Part shown: one piece after another, positions 1 to 12,348 of the stretch
How the letters are laid out: each line of letters starts with the position of its first letter
Numbering within the stretch: position 1 is the stretch's first letter
Assembly (NCBI GenBank): GCA_950097015.1
Contig: CATNEN010000029.1
Span: 2,294,001 to 2,358,000 of the forward strand
DNA from: Macrostomum hystrix
Lineage: Eukaryota; Animalia; Platyhelminthes
Direction: 5' to 3'
Length of the DNA stretch: 64,000 nt
Translations under genes and position numbers: made by a program
Notes under the pieces: model-generated
Told to the model about the DNA's origin: nothing
Database searches by the model: none
Seen by the model: the letters and a program-made list of their open reading frames with translations, nothing else

Positions 1-917
1 TATTCTCATGCTGGGTATCCATCATTCCATATTCTCATGCTGGGTATCCATCATTCCATATTCTCATGCTGGGTATCCATCATTCCATATTCTCATGCTG
101 GGTATCCATCATTCCATATTCTCATGCTGGGTATCCATCATTCCATATCCTCAGGCTGGGTATCCATCATTCCATATCCTCAGGCTGGGTATCCATCATT
201 CCATATTCTCATGCTGGGTATCCATCATTCCATATTCTCATGCTGGGTATCCATCATTCCATATCCTCAGGCTGGGTATCCATCAGTCCATATCCTCAGG
301 CTGCGTATCCATCATTCCATATCCTCAGGCTGGGTATCCATCATTCCATATCCTCAGGCTGGGTATCCATCATTCCATATCCTCAGGCTGGGTATCCATC
401 ATTCCATATCCTCAGGCTGGGTATCCATCATTCCATATCCTGAGGCTGGGTATCCATCATTCCATATTCTCATGCTGGGTATCCATCATTCCATATCCTC
501 AGGCTGGGTATCCATCATTCCATATCCTCAGGCTGGGTATCCATCATTCCATATCCTGAGGCTGGGTATCCATCATTCCATATCCTCAGGCTGCGTATCC
601 ATCATTCCATATCCTCAGGCTGGGTATCCATCATTCCATATCCTCAGGCTGGGTATCCATCATTCCATATCCTCAGGCTGGGTATCCATCATTCCATATT
701 CTCATGCTGGGTATCCATCATTCCATATTCTCATGCTGGGTATCCATCATTCCATATCCTCAGGCTGGGTATCCATCAGTCCATATCCTCAGGCTGGGTA
801 TCCATCAGTCCATATCCTCAGGCTGGGTATCCATCAGTCCATATCCTCAGGCTGGATATCCATCATTCCATATCCTCAGGCTGGATATCCATCAGTCCAT
901 ATCCTCAGGCTGGATAT
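1..917. repeat. 29-bp minisatellite (TATTCTCATGCTGGGTATCCATCATTCCA / TATCCTCAGGCTGG variant), intronic, runs off the left edge
   Basis: About 31 tandem units read directly; ends ~30 nt before the acceptor at 948-949. Confidence 0.95.
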
Positions 918-949
918 AATGATTATCCTTCTCTCTAATCTGTTCGCAG

Positions 950-1911
950 CCGCTTCTCTGCCAGCTGAGTCGACTTCCGCTGATGCCGCCGAAGCGGCTT
1001 CAGTGCCGGAGCCGCCTGCGCAGCTTTTGCCACCAACGGCAACGTTGGCCGCCGTAGCTTCCGAGGACAGCATCGCCAGCATGAACTCGTCGGGTAAGAA
1101 TAAGAAGCAGGATATGAGACAGTACTCTCACTACAGGTATTTAGGTCAGAACGTCAAACTCACTACAGGTGTTTAGGTCAGAACGTCAAACTCACTACAG
1201 GTATTTAGGTTAGAACGTCAAACTCACTACAGGTATTTAGGTCAGAACGTCAAACTCACTACAGGTATTTAGGTCAGAACGTCAAACTCACTACAGGTAT
1301 TTAGGTTAGAACGTCAAACTCACTACAGGTATTTAGGTCAGAACGTCAAACTCACTACAGGTATTTAGGTCAGAACGTCAAACTCACTACAGGTATTTAG
1401 GTCAGAACGTCAAACTTACTACAGGTATTTAGGTCAGAACGTCAACCTCACTACAGGTATTTAGGTCAGAACGTCAACCTCACTACAGGTATTTAGGTCA
1501 GAACGTCAACCTCACTAGGCAGGTGTTTAGGTCAGAACTTCAAACTCACTAGGCAGGTATCTATTATTCCTTCATTGCAGACGCCAGCGATTCTCAGCAA
1601 CCATCCGGCAGCAAGCGAAGAAATCGCTGCTATGTTTGTAAAAAGAAGGTCGGCCTCACTGGTTAGTTTATTAAGTTTCTGTGAACATTTATTTGATTTA
1701 CGTTCATTAAAATAGCATTATACTCTCAGTAGTACAAAATGTGTTTTGTCATTACATTTTAGGCTTCGAATGCCGGTGCGGTGGTGTCTACTGTTCTTTG
1801 CACAGATATAGTGACAAGCACGACTGCCAGTTTGACTACCAGGGCCACGGCCAGGCCGAAATTCGCCGGGCTAATCCGGTTGTGGTCAAGAGCAAGGTTG
1901 ACAAGCTCTGA
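950..1911 (+). CDS. ZFAND5/6: AN1-type zinc finger protein (ZFAND5/6-like), 3' exons only
   Basis: Exons 950-1093, 1581-1661, 1763-1911 with GT-AG, all phase 1. Spliced product ends [63 protein letters not shown], the typical AN1 finger and C-terminus. The 5' exons (expected A20 finger) lie outside the window. Confidence 0.92.
1127..1560. repeat. 32-bp minisatellite (CTCACTACAGGTATTTAGGTCAGAACGTCAAA) in a ZFAND intron
   Basis: About 13 tandem units. Confidence 0.95.
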
Positions 1912-1988
1912 GCTCGGCTGCTATCATCGTCTGCTGCCTCTGCCCTGATTCCAGACCCAGCTTATTTGATCATGAACACTTGCCCAGC

Positions 1989-2748
1989 CTTCCTCGATTG
2001 TTTTTTTCTGACTGACTGACTGACTGACTGACTGACTGATGACTGACTGATGACTGACTGACTGATGACCGACTGATGACTGACTGACTGATGACTGATG
2101 ACTGACTGACTGACTGACTGATGACTGACTGACTGATGACTGACTGACTGACTGACTGACTGACTGACTGATGACTGACTGACGACTGACTGATGACTGA
2201 CTGACTGACTGACTGATGACTGACTGACTGACTGACTGACTGACTGATGACTGACTGACTGACTGACTGACTGACTGATGACTGACTGACTGACTGACTG
2301 ATGACTGACTGACTGACTGACTGACTGATGACTGACTGACTGACTGACTGACTGACTGATGACTGACTGACTGACTGATGACTGACTGACTGACTGACTG
2401 ACTGACTGATGACTGACTGACTGACTGACTGACTGACTGATGACTGACTGACTGACTGACTGACTGACTGATGACTGACTGACTGACTGACTGACTGACT
2501 GACTGACTGATGACTGACTGACTGACTGACTGACTGACTGATGACTGACTGACTGACTGACTGATGACTGACTGACTGACTGACTGATGACTGACTGACT
2601 GACTGACTGACTGACTGATGACTGATGACTGACTGACTGATGACTGATGACTGACTGACTGATGACTGATGACTGACTGACTGACTGACTGACTGACTGA
2701 CTGACTGACTGACTGACTGACTGACTGACTGATGACTGACTGACTGAT
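1989..2748. repeat. (GACT)n microsatellite interspersed with GAT
   Basis: Direct reading; starts ~77 nt after the ZFAND stop codon. Confidence 0.97.
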
Positions 2749-3167
2749 CATATAAGTAATTAAGGTTGGTCAGAATTTACCAGATCTTGTTAATGAATTT
2801 GGGTGTAGCTCCGTTTATGGAGTTATTTCCTCTTCAATTTTCTTCTATTCTCTTTTATTTGCCTTTTAAAGCTTGAATTGCCGGCTCGCTCACCTCGAAA
2901 CTGATATAATTTTTTTTCTGTTTAAATTAGCCTTTCATTTTCTGGCTGCTAGTTTGTTAACCCGTAGCAAATTATTATATTTCCAGCTAGAAAGGCTGCT
3001 TATACTACTCGTGTTATTCCGTTACAGTAGTGTAGTGCACCGATTCCATGTTTCCTATAGCCTAAATCATATCGCGCCCTACTTATTCTTCGCAATTTTT
3101 TCAGTGACAAAACTTGTTGAACTTTTAACGTTGACGCCGAAAACTCCCTATCTCCGAAATATAGCTC

Positions 3168-3884
3168 ATCGAAAACTCCCCATCCCCTACTTACAACCCA
3201 TCGAAAACTCCCCATCCCCTACTTACAACCCATCGAAAACTCCCCATCCCCTACTTACAACCCATCGAAAACTCCCCATCCCCTACTTACAACCCATCGA
3301 AAACTCCCCATCCCCTACTTACAACCCATCGAAAACTCCCCATCCCCTAATTACAACCCATCGAAAACTCCCCATCCCCTAATTACAACCCATCGAAAAC
3401 TCCCCATCCCCTACTTACAACCCATCGAAAACTCCCCATCCCCTAATTACAACCCATCGAAAACTCCCCATCCCCTACTTACAACCCATCGAAAACTCCC
3501 CATCCCCTAATTACAACCCATCGAAAACTCCCCATCCCCTAATTACAACCCATCGAAAACTCCCCATCCCCTAATTACAACCCATCGAAAACTCCCCATC
3601 CCCTACTTACAACCCATCGAAAACTCCCCATCCCCTAATTACAACCCATCGAAAACTCCCCATCCCCTAATTACAACCCATCGAAAACTCCCCATCCCCT
3701 AATTACAACCCATCGAAAACTCCCCATCCCCTAATTACAACCCATCGAAAACTCCCCATCCCCTAATTACAACCCATCGAAAACTCCCCACCCCCTAATT
3801 ACAACCCATCGAAAACTCCCCATCCCCTAATTACAACCCATCGAAAACTCCCCATCCCCTAAATACAACCTATCGAAAACTCCC
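3168..3884. repeat. 32-bp minisatellite (CATCGAAAACTCCCCATCCCCTAMTTACAACC)
   Basis: About 22 tandem units. Confidence 0.95.
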
Positions 3885-4659
3885 ATTCCCGAAATTCACA
3901 TTGTTTCTTCACTTTTCTGATTGGCTTCTGCTTTTGTAAATTTGCTCAGTCATTTGTCCCAATGCCTGCTTAAAACTCATTATCGGTATTAAATATAGAA
4001 CATTTGTTATTCGTCAGTAACTTCACTCAACAATATAAATTCATCTATATAAATAGGTGCACCAGACAATAATCTAATTTGGTTTGTTGTGGAGAGGCAT
4101 TACTTGTGTAATTAACTATTATTACTTCTTTTATTGTTTCTTAATTTGAGGTGTAATTAAACTTTTTTAGGGATCCTAATAAGCTTCAAATAACAGTTTT
4201 CTCCGCTGCTTCTCTTATTATTTACCCACCTTTAATTTTTAAGGAGTGTCTTTCCGCGTTTTTTGTGTTGAAGAATTTGGTAATTCTGTCTATAATATGT
4301 GTTATAATGCTTCATTATTCTCTATTGTATCGCATTCAATCTGCTTCTGAATTTTTGATTGCGTTTTTACCTATCGATCTTAGCTTCCTTGTCCGACTTT
4401 TAAGTCTGAGGAATTTGAAGAGACAATTAACTGCTTTGAGTTGTCTCTTCAGATTATAACACTATTAGGGCACCCATGGATAATTGGTTTTTGTCCTGCT
4501 TTTCAATTGTATTTTACCTGTCATCTGTGTAATTATTACTGGACTGCCTATGGCGCGAAGTTTTACTTAGCCTCCTGTTTAATTCAGCCACACTCAAGCA
4601 ACTGCTTCCTTCCTGAATCAGGTTTTCTTCCTTTGCTTGCGCGCCAGTAGTTCCTGCTA

Positions 4660-5225
4660 TCCGCTCTCTACTCTCAATTCCCTGCTCTTCCGCCTTAAAT
4701 CCGCTCTCTACTCTCCATTCCCTGCTCTTCAGCCTTAAATCCGCTCTCTGCTCTCCATTCCCTGCTCTTCAGCCTTAAATCCGCTCTCTGCTCTCCTCTC
4801 TTCCGCCTTAAATCCGCTCTCTACTTTCGTCTCTTCCACCTTACATCCGCGCTCTAAACTATCGTCTCTTCCACCTTAAATCCACTCTCTACTCTCAATT
4901 CCCTGCTCTTCCACCTTAAATCCGCTCTCTACTTTCGTCTCTTCCACCTTAAATCCACTCTCTACTCTCAATTCCCTGCTCTTCCGCCTTAAATCCGCTC
5001 TCTGCTCTCGTCTCTTCCACCTTAAATCCGCTCTAAACTATCGTATCTTCCACCTTAAATCCAGTCTCTACTCTCAATTCCCTGCTCTTCCGCCTTAAAT
5101 CCGCTCTCTGCTCTCCTCTCTTCCACCTTAAATCCGCTCTCTACTCTCCATTCCCCACTCTCTGCTCTCCCTCTTCTCTTCCGCCTTAAATCCGCTCTCT
5201 AGACTCCATTCCCTACTCTTCCGCC
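4660..5225. repeat. Degenerate mosaic ~30-40-bp pyrimidine-rich tandem repeat (CCRCCTTAAATCCGCTCTCT core)
   Basis: Core recurs ~15 times with variable linkers. Confidence 0.85.
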
Positions 5226-6189
5226 AAAATCCGCAGTCTAATCTCCCGTTCCACCCCCTAGTCGTATTGTTATGAATACTTCTGTGATTGGCTCTTAACT
5301 GACAGTTGTATGTATGTAAAAAAGCATGGCTATGATTCCTAATAGTATAGATATTCTATAGTGACACTCTAGATCGATAAACCCTATGCAAGTACATTGC
5401 TCATGCCGTCAGTGCAGCGAATCTAGAGATGTGTAAACCTAGTAGGAAGTGAAGCGGATTCCAATCCGGGCTGGTTGAATTTTCCAATCGCCAGTCTGTG
5501 AGTTAGGATAATCCCTTAATTCCGCTCGTCGCCTTTAAGAGTCTGAGCTAAGCGACAGTCGCTTGAGGAATTAGCGGGCCCGATAATCCCTCTGATAGTT
5601 GTTAATTGATGACGGATATATTATTATGCGCTAACATCTGATAGCAAAAACACTTCGGACACACATCTGTGCTGCATCGGGTGTGCACTTCTAATCTCTT
5701 CATAGCCGTGTTTAACACAGTAGGCTATATGTATGCTATATATTGATTGATGAAAGTGCTGCAGTCGCATTAGATCCAGTTGATGTACTGCTGAATCTCT
5801 GCATGCGCTGCTGTTTAAGAGGCGTGACAGCGGCGCCCAGACAGGCGGAAGATTGTCTGGCTAGTGAGGGAGCGGTTAGGAGCAACGGCAATACCAGTTT
5901 AGATGAAGCTGATTTCCAATGACTGTCTACGAGTATAATAGTGCGCAAAGTTATCATCTAAAAAATCGTGAATCGGAAATATAAGTCTCCCGTACTAGCG
6001 AGCAAAATAGTGGCTTATATAGATGTCCGGGATCCGTTACGGGTGCAGAAATTTATGGGATTAAATCAGTCTGTTTCAAAACGCAGCGGAAATTGCAGAT
6101 TCCAATTCCCATTTTATATATACCTCTGACGATGTTTATTGTCAGGAACTGATTCACAGGGAAGCGATTGAAGTCAGCGGAGAGAGTGA

Positions 6190-6495
6190 TAGAGGAGAGA
6201 GCGGGAACCGACAACGGAGAGAGCGGGTACCGACAACGGAGAGGGTACCGACAACGGAGAGAGAGCGGGTACCGACAACGGAGAGGGTACCGACAACTGA
6301 GAGAGCGGTATCGACAACGGAGAGAGCGGGTACCGACAACTGAGAGAGCGGTATCGACAACGGAGAGAGCGGGTACCGACAACGGAGAGAGCGGGTACCG
6401 ACAACGGAGAGAGCGGGTACCGACAACGGAGAGAGCGGGTACCGACAACGGAGAGGGTACCGACAACGGAGAGGGTACCGACAACGGAGAGGGAG
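6190..6495. repeat. 18/22-bp minisatellite (ACCGACAACGGAGAG[AGCG]GGT)
   Basis: About 14 units of two lengths. Confidence 0.9.
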
Positions 6496-8059
6496 AGTGC
6501 GTACAGCGGTGGAGAGAAGCCAGAGTCACATGTTGGCAGCACAGGTCGCTGATTAGCATGAATCCCGATTGAACGATGAATGTTTAGTTGGCACTCGACT
6601 TGATCTGTTAGCTTAAGAAAATTCTGTTTTATTCACACCTTCCCGACATGAGGACTCTTTGTAGCTCTTCAACACTGGCTTGTTGATGCTGCAGCTGAAG
6701 AAAGTCGAGACCAAAACTATGGTCTCTCGCCTGGCAGTCTCAAACAATTATTGATTTATTCTTTCGTTGGGGGACACTTAACGTCTAACTCAGAGTCGAA
6801 AATTTCTTAATCCACAGCCCCGGGTTTCCGTGCGGATTACTGCTCGGAATTTCAGCTGGAGGCGCCACTTAGGTGGGAGCTGTGATCAGCGCCAGCAAGG
6901 GTCATTCAGCTCCAACTCTTTTGCCGAAAAAAATGTTTTTGCCTACAGTTCCAAACCAACTTTTTCCTTCTCTATTTGCTGACAAAAAAACTTCTCTACA
7001 TAGCAAAGCCCAGGCCGCTGCCACCGCCTGCTCCGATGCCTCGGCTGACTCTCGATCTTCTTAACTCTCCCTCGCCTGTACCTGTCTCCTCCCGACTGAG
7101 AATACACGCGAACAAAAGCACTGAAATCGATCGAGCAAGGAAGGAACAAGGGTTGAATAACACGCGGCCTCCATAACTCCATAGCCACAGTGTTTTACAA
7201 AGAAGCCTATGTAGCAGTGCCGGGTCAGTTTGCAATGCTCTTGTTGTATCTGGGCTGAAAATCTGTGAGTAGCCAATCAGAAAGATTGAGATCTTAAGGC
7301 TAACGAGCCAGCCAACCAATGGCATTGGTTTTGCTCTGCAGAATTTAGCATTACAAAAGAGCAGGAAGCGCCAGTCACTGCCTGCTTTGCGCCAGCGGTT
7401 CGGGTCGAGATAAATAGAAATAAAAGATTGGAGACAGTTTTCTGATTTAATCGCACCGATATTTCTGGGTTAAGCGAACCTTGGCTTGTCAAAGAAAGCG
7501 AAACGTTGAAAAGTTTCGGCTGGCATGGAGGGCAATGCAACGACCAGCGGCGGGTAAGTTTGTTTACGCAAAGCGACAGACGGATGCATGCAATGTCTAG
7601 TCTAGTCTAGTTGTTCTATTCTCGCGTATAGCGTAGACTTTTACAGAATGATTTCAAATGTGAATGCGAGAATCGGCATTTATACTGAAAATAGGCAATC
7701 GAATCAGGCGAAAGGTGGCTTCAAAATATTCGTCACATTTTCCCTTCTCCTACTATGAAATAGTGAGATCCGAAACAATTGGCTCAAGATAAAAGCTAAT
7801 AGTTGGCTTTCATTGTCGAAAGATTTTGCTATATGTGATATTTTCTGCAAGTAACCATCTATATACCTGTTTACTTTTTAGGCTTTTGTATTTGAGCATA
7901 GCTTGAGCAAACCGAGTCTGAGTGGGCCGTTTTCATGAAATGCTATCCAATGTCTTCAAATCTGAGCAAATGGCTGGCCCGACTTGGAAATCTGTCAAAT
8001 CTAAATTATCGATCGATTTTGAGAAGCACTAGCGGTCTTAATTGAGCACATGCAGATCT

Positions 8060-9525
8060 TAGGACACATTAGGGATCTTGAGACAGGTTAGGGATCTTGT
8101 GACGTACAGGTTAGGAATTTTGAGACATATTAGGGATCCTGAAACAGGTTAGGGATCTTCAGACAGGTTAGGGATCTTGAGACATATTAGGGATCTTGAG
8201 ACAGGTTAGGGATCTTGAGACACATTAGGGATCTTGAGACACATTAGGGATCTTCAGACACATTAGGGATCTTGAGACATATTAGGGATCTTCAGACACA
8301 TTAGGGATCTTGAGACATATTAGGGATCCTGAGACATATAAGGGATCCTGAGACAGGTTAGGGATCTTGAGACATATTAGGGATCCTGAGACATATAAGG
8401 GATCCTGAGACAGGTTAGGGATCTTGAGACAGGTTAGGGATCTTCAGACACATTAGGAATCTTGAGACACATTAGGGATCTTGAGACACATTAGGGATCT
8501 TGAGACACATTAGGGATCTTGAGACACATTAGGGATCTTGAGACACATTAGGGATCTTGAGACAGGTTAGGGATCTTGAGACACATTAGGGATCTTGAGA
8601 CACATCAGGGATCTTGAGACACATCAGGGATCTTGAGATACATTAGGGATCTTGACACAGGTTAGGGATCTTGAGACACATTAGGGATCTTGAGACACAT
8701 CAGGGATCTTGAGACACATCAGGGATCTTGAGACACATCAGGGATCTTGAGACACATTAGGGATCTTGAGACACATTAGGGATCTTGAGACACATCAGGG
8801 ATCTTGAGACACATTAGGGATCTTGAGACAGGTTAGGGATCTTGAGACACATTAGGGATCTTGAGACACATCAGGGATCTTGAGACACATTAGGGATCTT
8901 GAGACAGGTTAGGGATCTTGACACAGGTTAGGGATCTTGAGACACATTAGGGATCTTGAGACACATCAGGGATCTTGAGACACATCAGGGATCTTGAGAC
9001 ACATCAGGGATCTTGAGACACATTAGGGATCTTGAGACACATTAGGGATCTTGAGACACATCAGGGATCTTGAGACACATCAGGGATCTTGAGACACATT
9101 AGGGATCTTGAGACACATTAGGGATCTTGAGACACATCAGGGATCTTGAGACACATTAGGGATCTTGAGACAGGTTAGGGATCTTGAGACACATTAGGGA
9201 TCTTGAGACACATCAGGGATCTTGAGACACATTAGGGATCTTGAGACACATCAGGGATCTTGAGACACATCAGGGATCTTGAGACACATTAGGGATCTTG
9301 AGACAGGTTAGGGATCTTGAGACAGGTTAGGGATCTTGAGACAGGTTAGGGATCTTGAGACAGGTTAGGGATCTTGAGACAGGTTAGGGATCTTGAGACA
9401 CATCAGGGATCTTGAGACACATTAGGGATCTTGAGACACATTAGGGATCTTGAGACACATCAGGGATCTTGAGACACATTAGGGATCTTCAGACACATTA
9501 GGGTTCTTGAGGAGCATTAGGGGCT
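8060..9525. repeat. 19-bp minisatellite (TTAGGGATCTTGAGACACA; TCAGGG and CAGG variants)
   Basis: About 75 tandem units. Confidence 0.97.
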
Positions 9526-10609
9526 TCAAAAAACACCGCAGATCTTGAGAAGCTCCGGGAACATTGTGCACTGTTCACATTTTTATAAAAAACACTCGGA
9601 AAAGAAGGCTGGAGCTGCGGAAGTGTTGTCACCCCTGTTCTCGCCCTATCTATAGCCGAGTTCGTCAGGCGTGGCCCATCATCTTTTCCAACACCCCCCT
9701 AAGGCCGTCTTCAATTGATTTTCCGTCTGAGGGGAAGCCGGGCGGACAGCGGGGCAGGAGTGGGTCAGCCGTGGTCGAATTCAATTGAATTCGCGAGTCC
9801 CCAAGGACGCAGTCTTATTTCGATGGGAATTGGGGATGGGCCAAGCAGCATCCCCTCGCGCGCCGTCCCATCCACAACAGGACCATCCCCCGGCTGCTAA
9901 TCCATGTCAGAAGCTGGTCGCTAATCCTGGAACCTTTTTCTTCCTGCCTCCTGTTGGCTGCTTGTTGTTGAAAGTTCCGCAAAGTTGTGAAAGCCAATGC
10001 GCTCAAATGACTCAAAGTACAACCGAGAAGTTTAGCCCTTGGGGCATGGCTGCCCGTTCACAGTTGGCCTTTAATGAAACTTTTCGCATTTTTTTAGTCA
10101 CTGAGGCGGTTGAGAAAAAGCGGAAATAAAGAAATCAGAAGCAGTCCCACCTCACCCCGCGGCCATGAGTTCGATAGAGAACTAAATTGAAAGGGAAGTG
10201 GCATAATTATGGGATGGAAATGCCCCCCCCCTGCTTGTCACTGCGGAGACTTGTCACAGTTGACTTTCACTGGAGAGCAGTGGTTTCCAACTAGGATTTA
10301 GAAGAGACTCACGACCCCCTGTCGACTCTTGTTGGAAGCTTCTCTGATGCGGCTGCTGCGGCCAGTAATTTTCCTTGCCCTCTGTGATCAGGTCGGGCTA
10401 GCTTCTGCTTCTGCTTAGATCTGCAGTGACCTAACGAAGCGAATTTACTTTTTTTTCCGGCAAGCGAGCTTCAGTGCAACAGTTTGTCCAAGGAATGCGA
10501 AACTAAAATAACAACTGGTATAACTAACTGATCCGTACGAGCACCGATTTTCGTCCAGGGAACAATCCCATTTGAACAGGGGATTGGCAAAATGGAGGCA
10601 ATCTATAAA

Positions 10610-10935
10610 GTGTGATCTCGGAAATATGGGATCTTGACACAGTGGGATCTAGACAAAGTGGGATCTAGACAAAGTGGGATCTAGACAAAGTGGGATCTAT
10701 ACAAAGTGGGATCTAGACAAAGTGTGATCTCGGAAATATGGGATCTTGACACAGTGGGATCTAGACAAAGTGGGATCTAGACAAAGTGGGATCTAGACAA
10801 AGTGGGATCTATACAAAGTGGGATCTAGACAAAGTGGGATCTAGACAAAGTGGGATCTAGACAAAGTGGGATCTAGACAAAGTGGGATCTAGACAAAGTG
10901 GGATCTAGACAAATGGATATTGACACAGTGGGATG
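10610..10935. repeat. 16-bp minisatellite (GGGATCTAGACAAAGT)
   Basis: Tandem units; a higher-order block duplication is visible (10612-10723 vs 10724 onward). Confidence 0.92.
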
Positions 10936-11343
10936 TGGGATGTTGAGAACATAATATTTTGAAAATATGGCATGTTGAAAACATGGGATATCGAAAACTT
11001 GGGATCTAGCGAGCATGGAATCTTTCTCACACAATCTCGATGCTCTCCTAAGCATGAAGCAAATTCTGGAGATCTCCTCAAACAACTTCTACGTTTTCCG
11101 GTCAGCTCACCCAAAGCGGGCATTTGTCTTAACTTGTCGCACTGCTTTCATCTGCAGTGACAATTGCATTTCCTTTTAGTCTTTGCATCCCACACCGGCT
11201 AGAACCATCCGTCCCTTCCGGTCCCGGGGGTCAGTACTCAGCCTGAGTTCTAATTACGGTGCAATAATTGTCATGCTGTTCCTAGCAATTTGATTTCGTT
11301 TCCAAAATCCCAAATCCTATTTGCTTCCTTAACCATAATTCGC

Positions 11344-11465
11344 TTCCCGAATCCCCATTTGTTTCCCGAATCCCCGTTTGATTCCCGAATCCAAATTTGA
11401 TTCCCGAATCCCCGTTTGTTTCCCGAATCCCCATTCGCTTTCCAAATCCTCATTCCTTTCCCGAA
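11344..11465. repeat. Short degenerate 19-bp repeat (TTCCCGAATCCCCGTTTG)
   Basis: About 6 units. Confidence 0.75.
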
Positions 11466-12045
11466 TGCCTATCGTTTCCTATCTGCAAATCCCAAAATAG
11501 TACTACAGACGTAAAACCCTGCAATTAGTTGAGCAATTCAAGTTTTCCACAATCTAATGTCTCGTAATGCGTAGACAATCGCTCAGGAAAATGACAGACG
11601 CTTCTTGGCAAAAGATGCCTATGGTTTTTTGCTTTTCTCTTGCTTCGGGACGGCCCATTCACAATGCCCTACTCGCTGAGGCTATTAATTATGGTCCACT
11701 TTCCCTTGCAATCAAATAGCTGGCTTACTTCGGAAGCCATTGGCATGTAATTAGATGGCAGCTCATGCTGTCTCTGAAGTCACGATGCAGTCATGAAGCG
11801 ATTCGCTGTGAGATTGGAATTATTTCCCGGGTTTTAGCAAAGGTTGAATCTTAGTGGCTTAATCGTTGATCAAATAATTGATGCTCTCAGCTTTGTTGTA
11901 TAGATTGTGAAAGGTGAGACTCAATAGAAATATAAATAATTGGGAATAATTGAGATATTGGCACTGCTCAGGTATATTTAGTCAAGGACTTTCAAATAGA
12001 GAGTTAAGAAATGAGTTTAAGATTAAACCAGGTGACGGGCCTGAT

Positions 12046-12298
12046 TTATGGGAGTCAGCTTGATGGGTGTCAGATTGATGGGTGTCAGATTGATGGGTGT
12101 CAGATTGATGGGTGTCAGATTGATGGGTGTCAGATTGATGGGTGTCAGATTGATGGGTGTCAGATTGATGGGTGTCAGATTGATGGGTGTCAGATTGATG
12201 GGTGTCAGATTGATGGGTGTCAGATTGATGGGTGTCAGATTGATGGGTGTCAGATTGATGGGTGTCAGATTGATGGGTGTCAGATTGATGGGTGTCAG
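12046..12298. repeat. 15-bp homogeneous minisatellite (GATGGGTGTCAGATT)
   Basis: About 16 essentially identical units ending ~50 nt before the GPCR acceptor. Confidence 0.97.
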
Positions 12299-12348
12299 GC
12301 TGATTGGTGACATTACATTAATAACTGCCAACTTTGTTGCTGACATAG

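Noticed and set aside
2760-6160. Possible decayed LINE on the minus strand interrupted by arrays (e.g. QTKLDYCLV, HWKSASSKLVLP)
   Set aside because: Only weak short motif resemblances across many stops and frameshifts; a tBLASTx/RepeatMasker hit would be needed.
9777-9794. Perfect 18-bp palindrome CGAATTCAATTGAATTCG
   Set aside because: Single occurrence with no associated feature.
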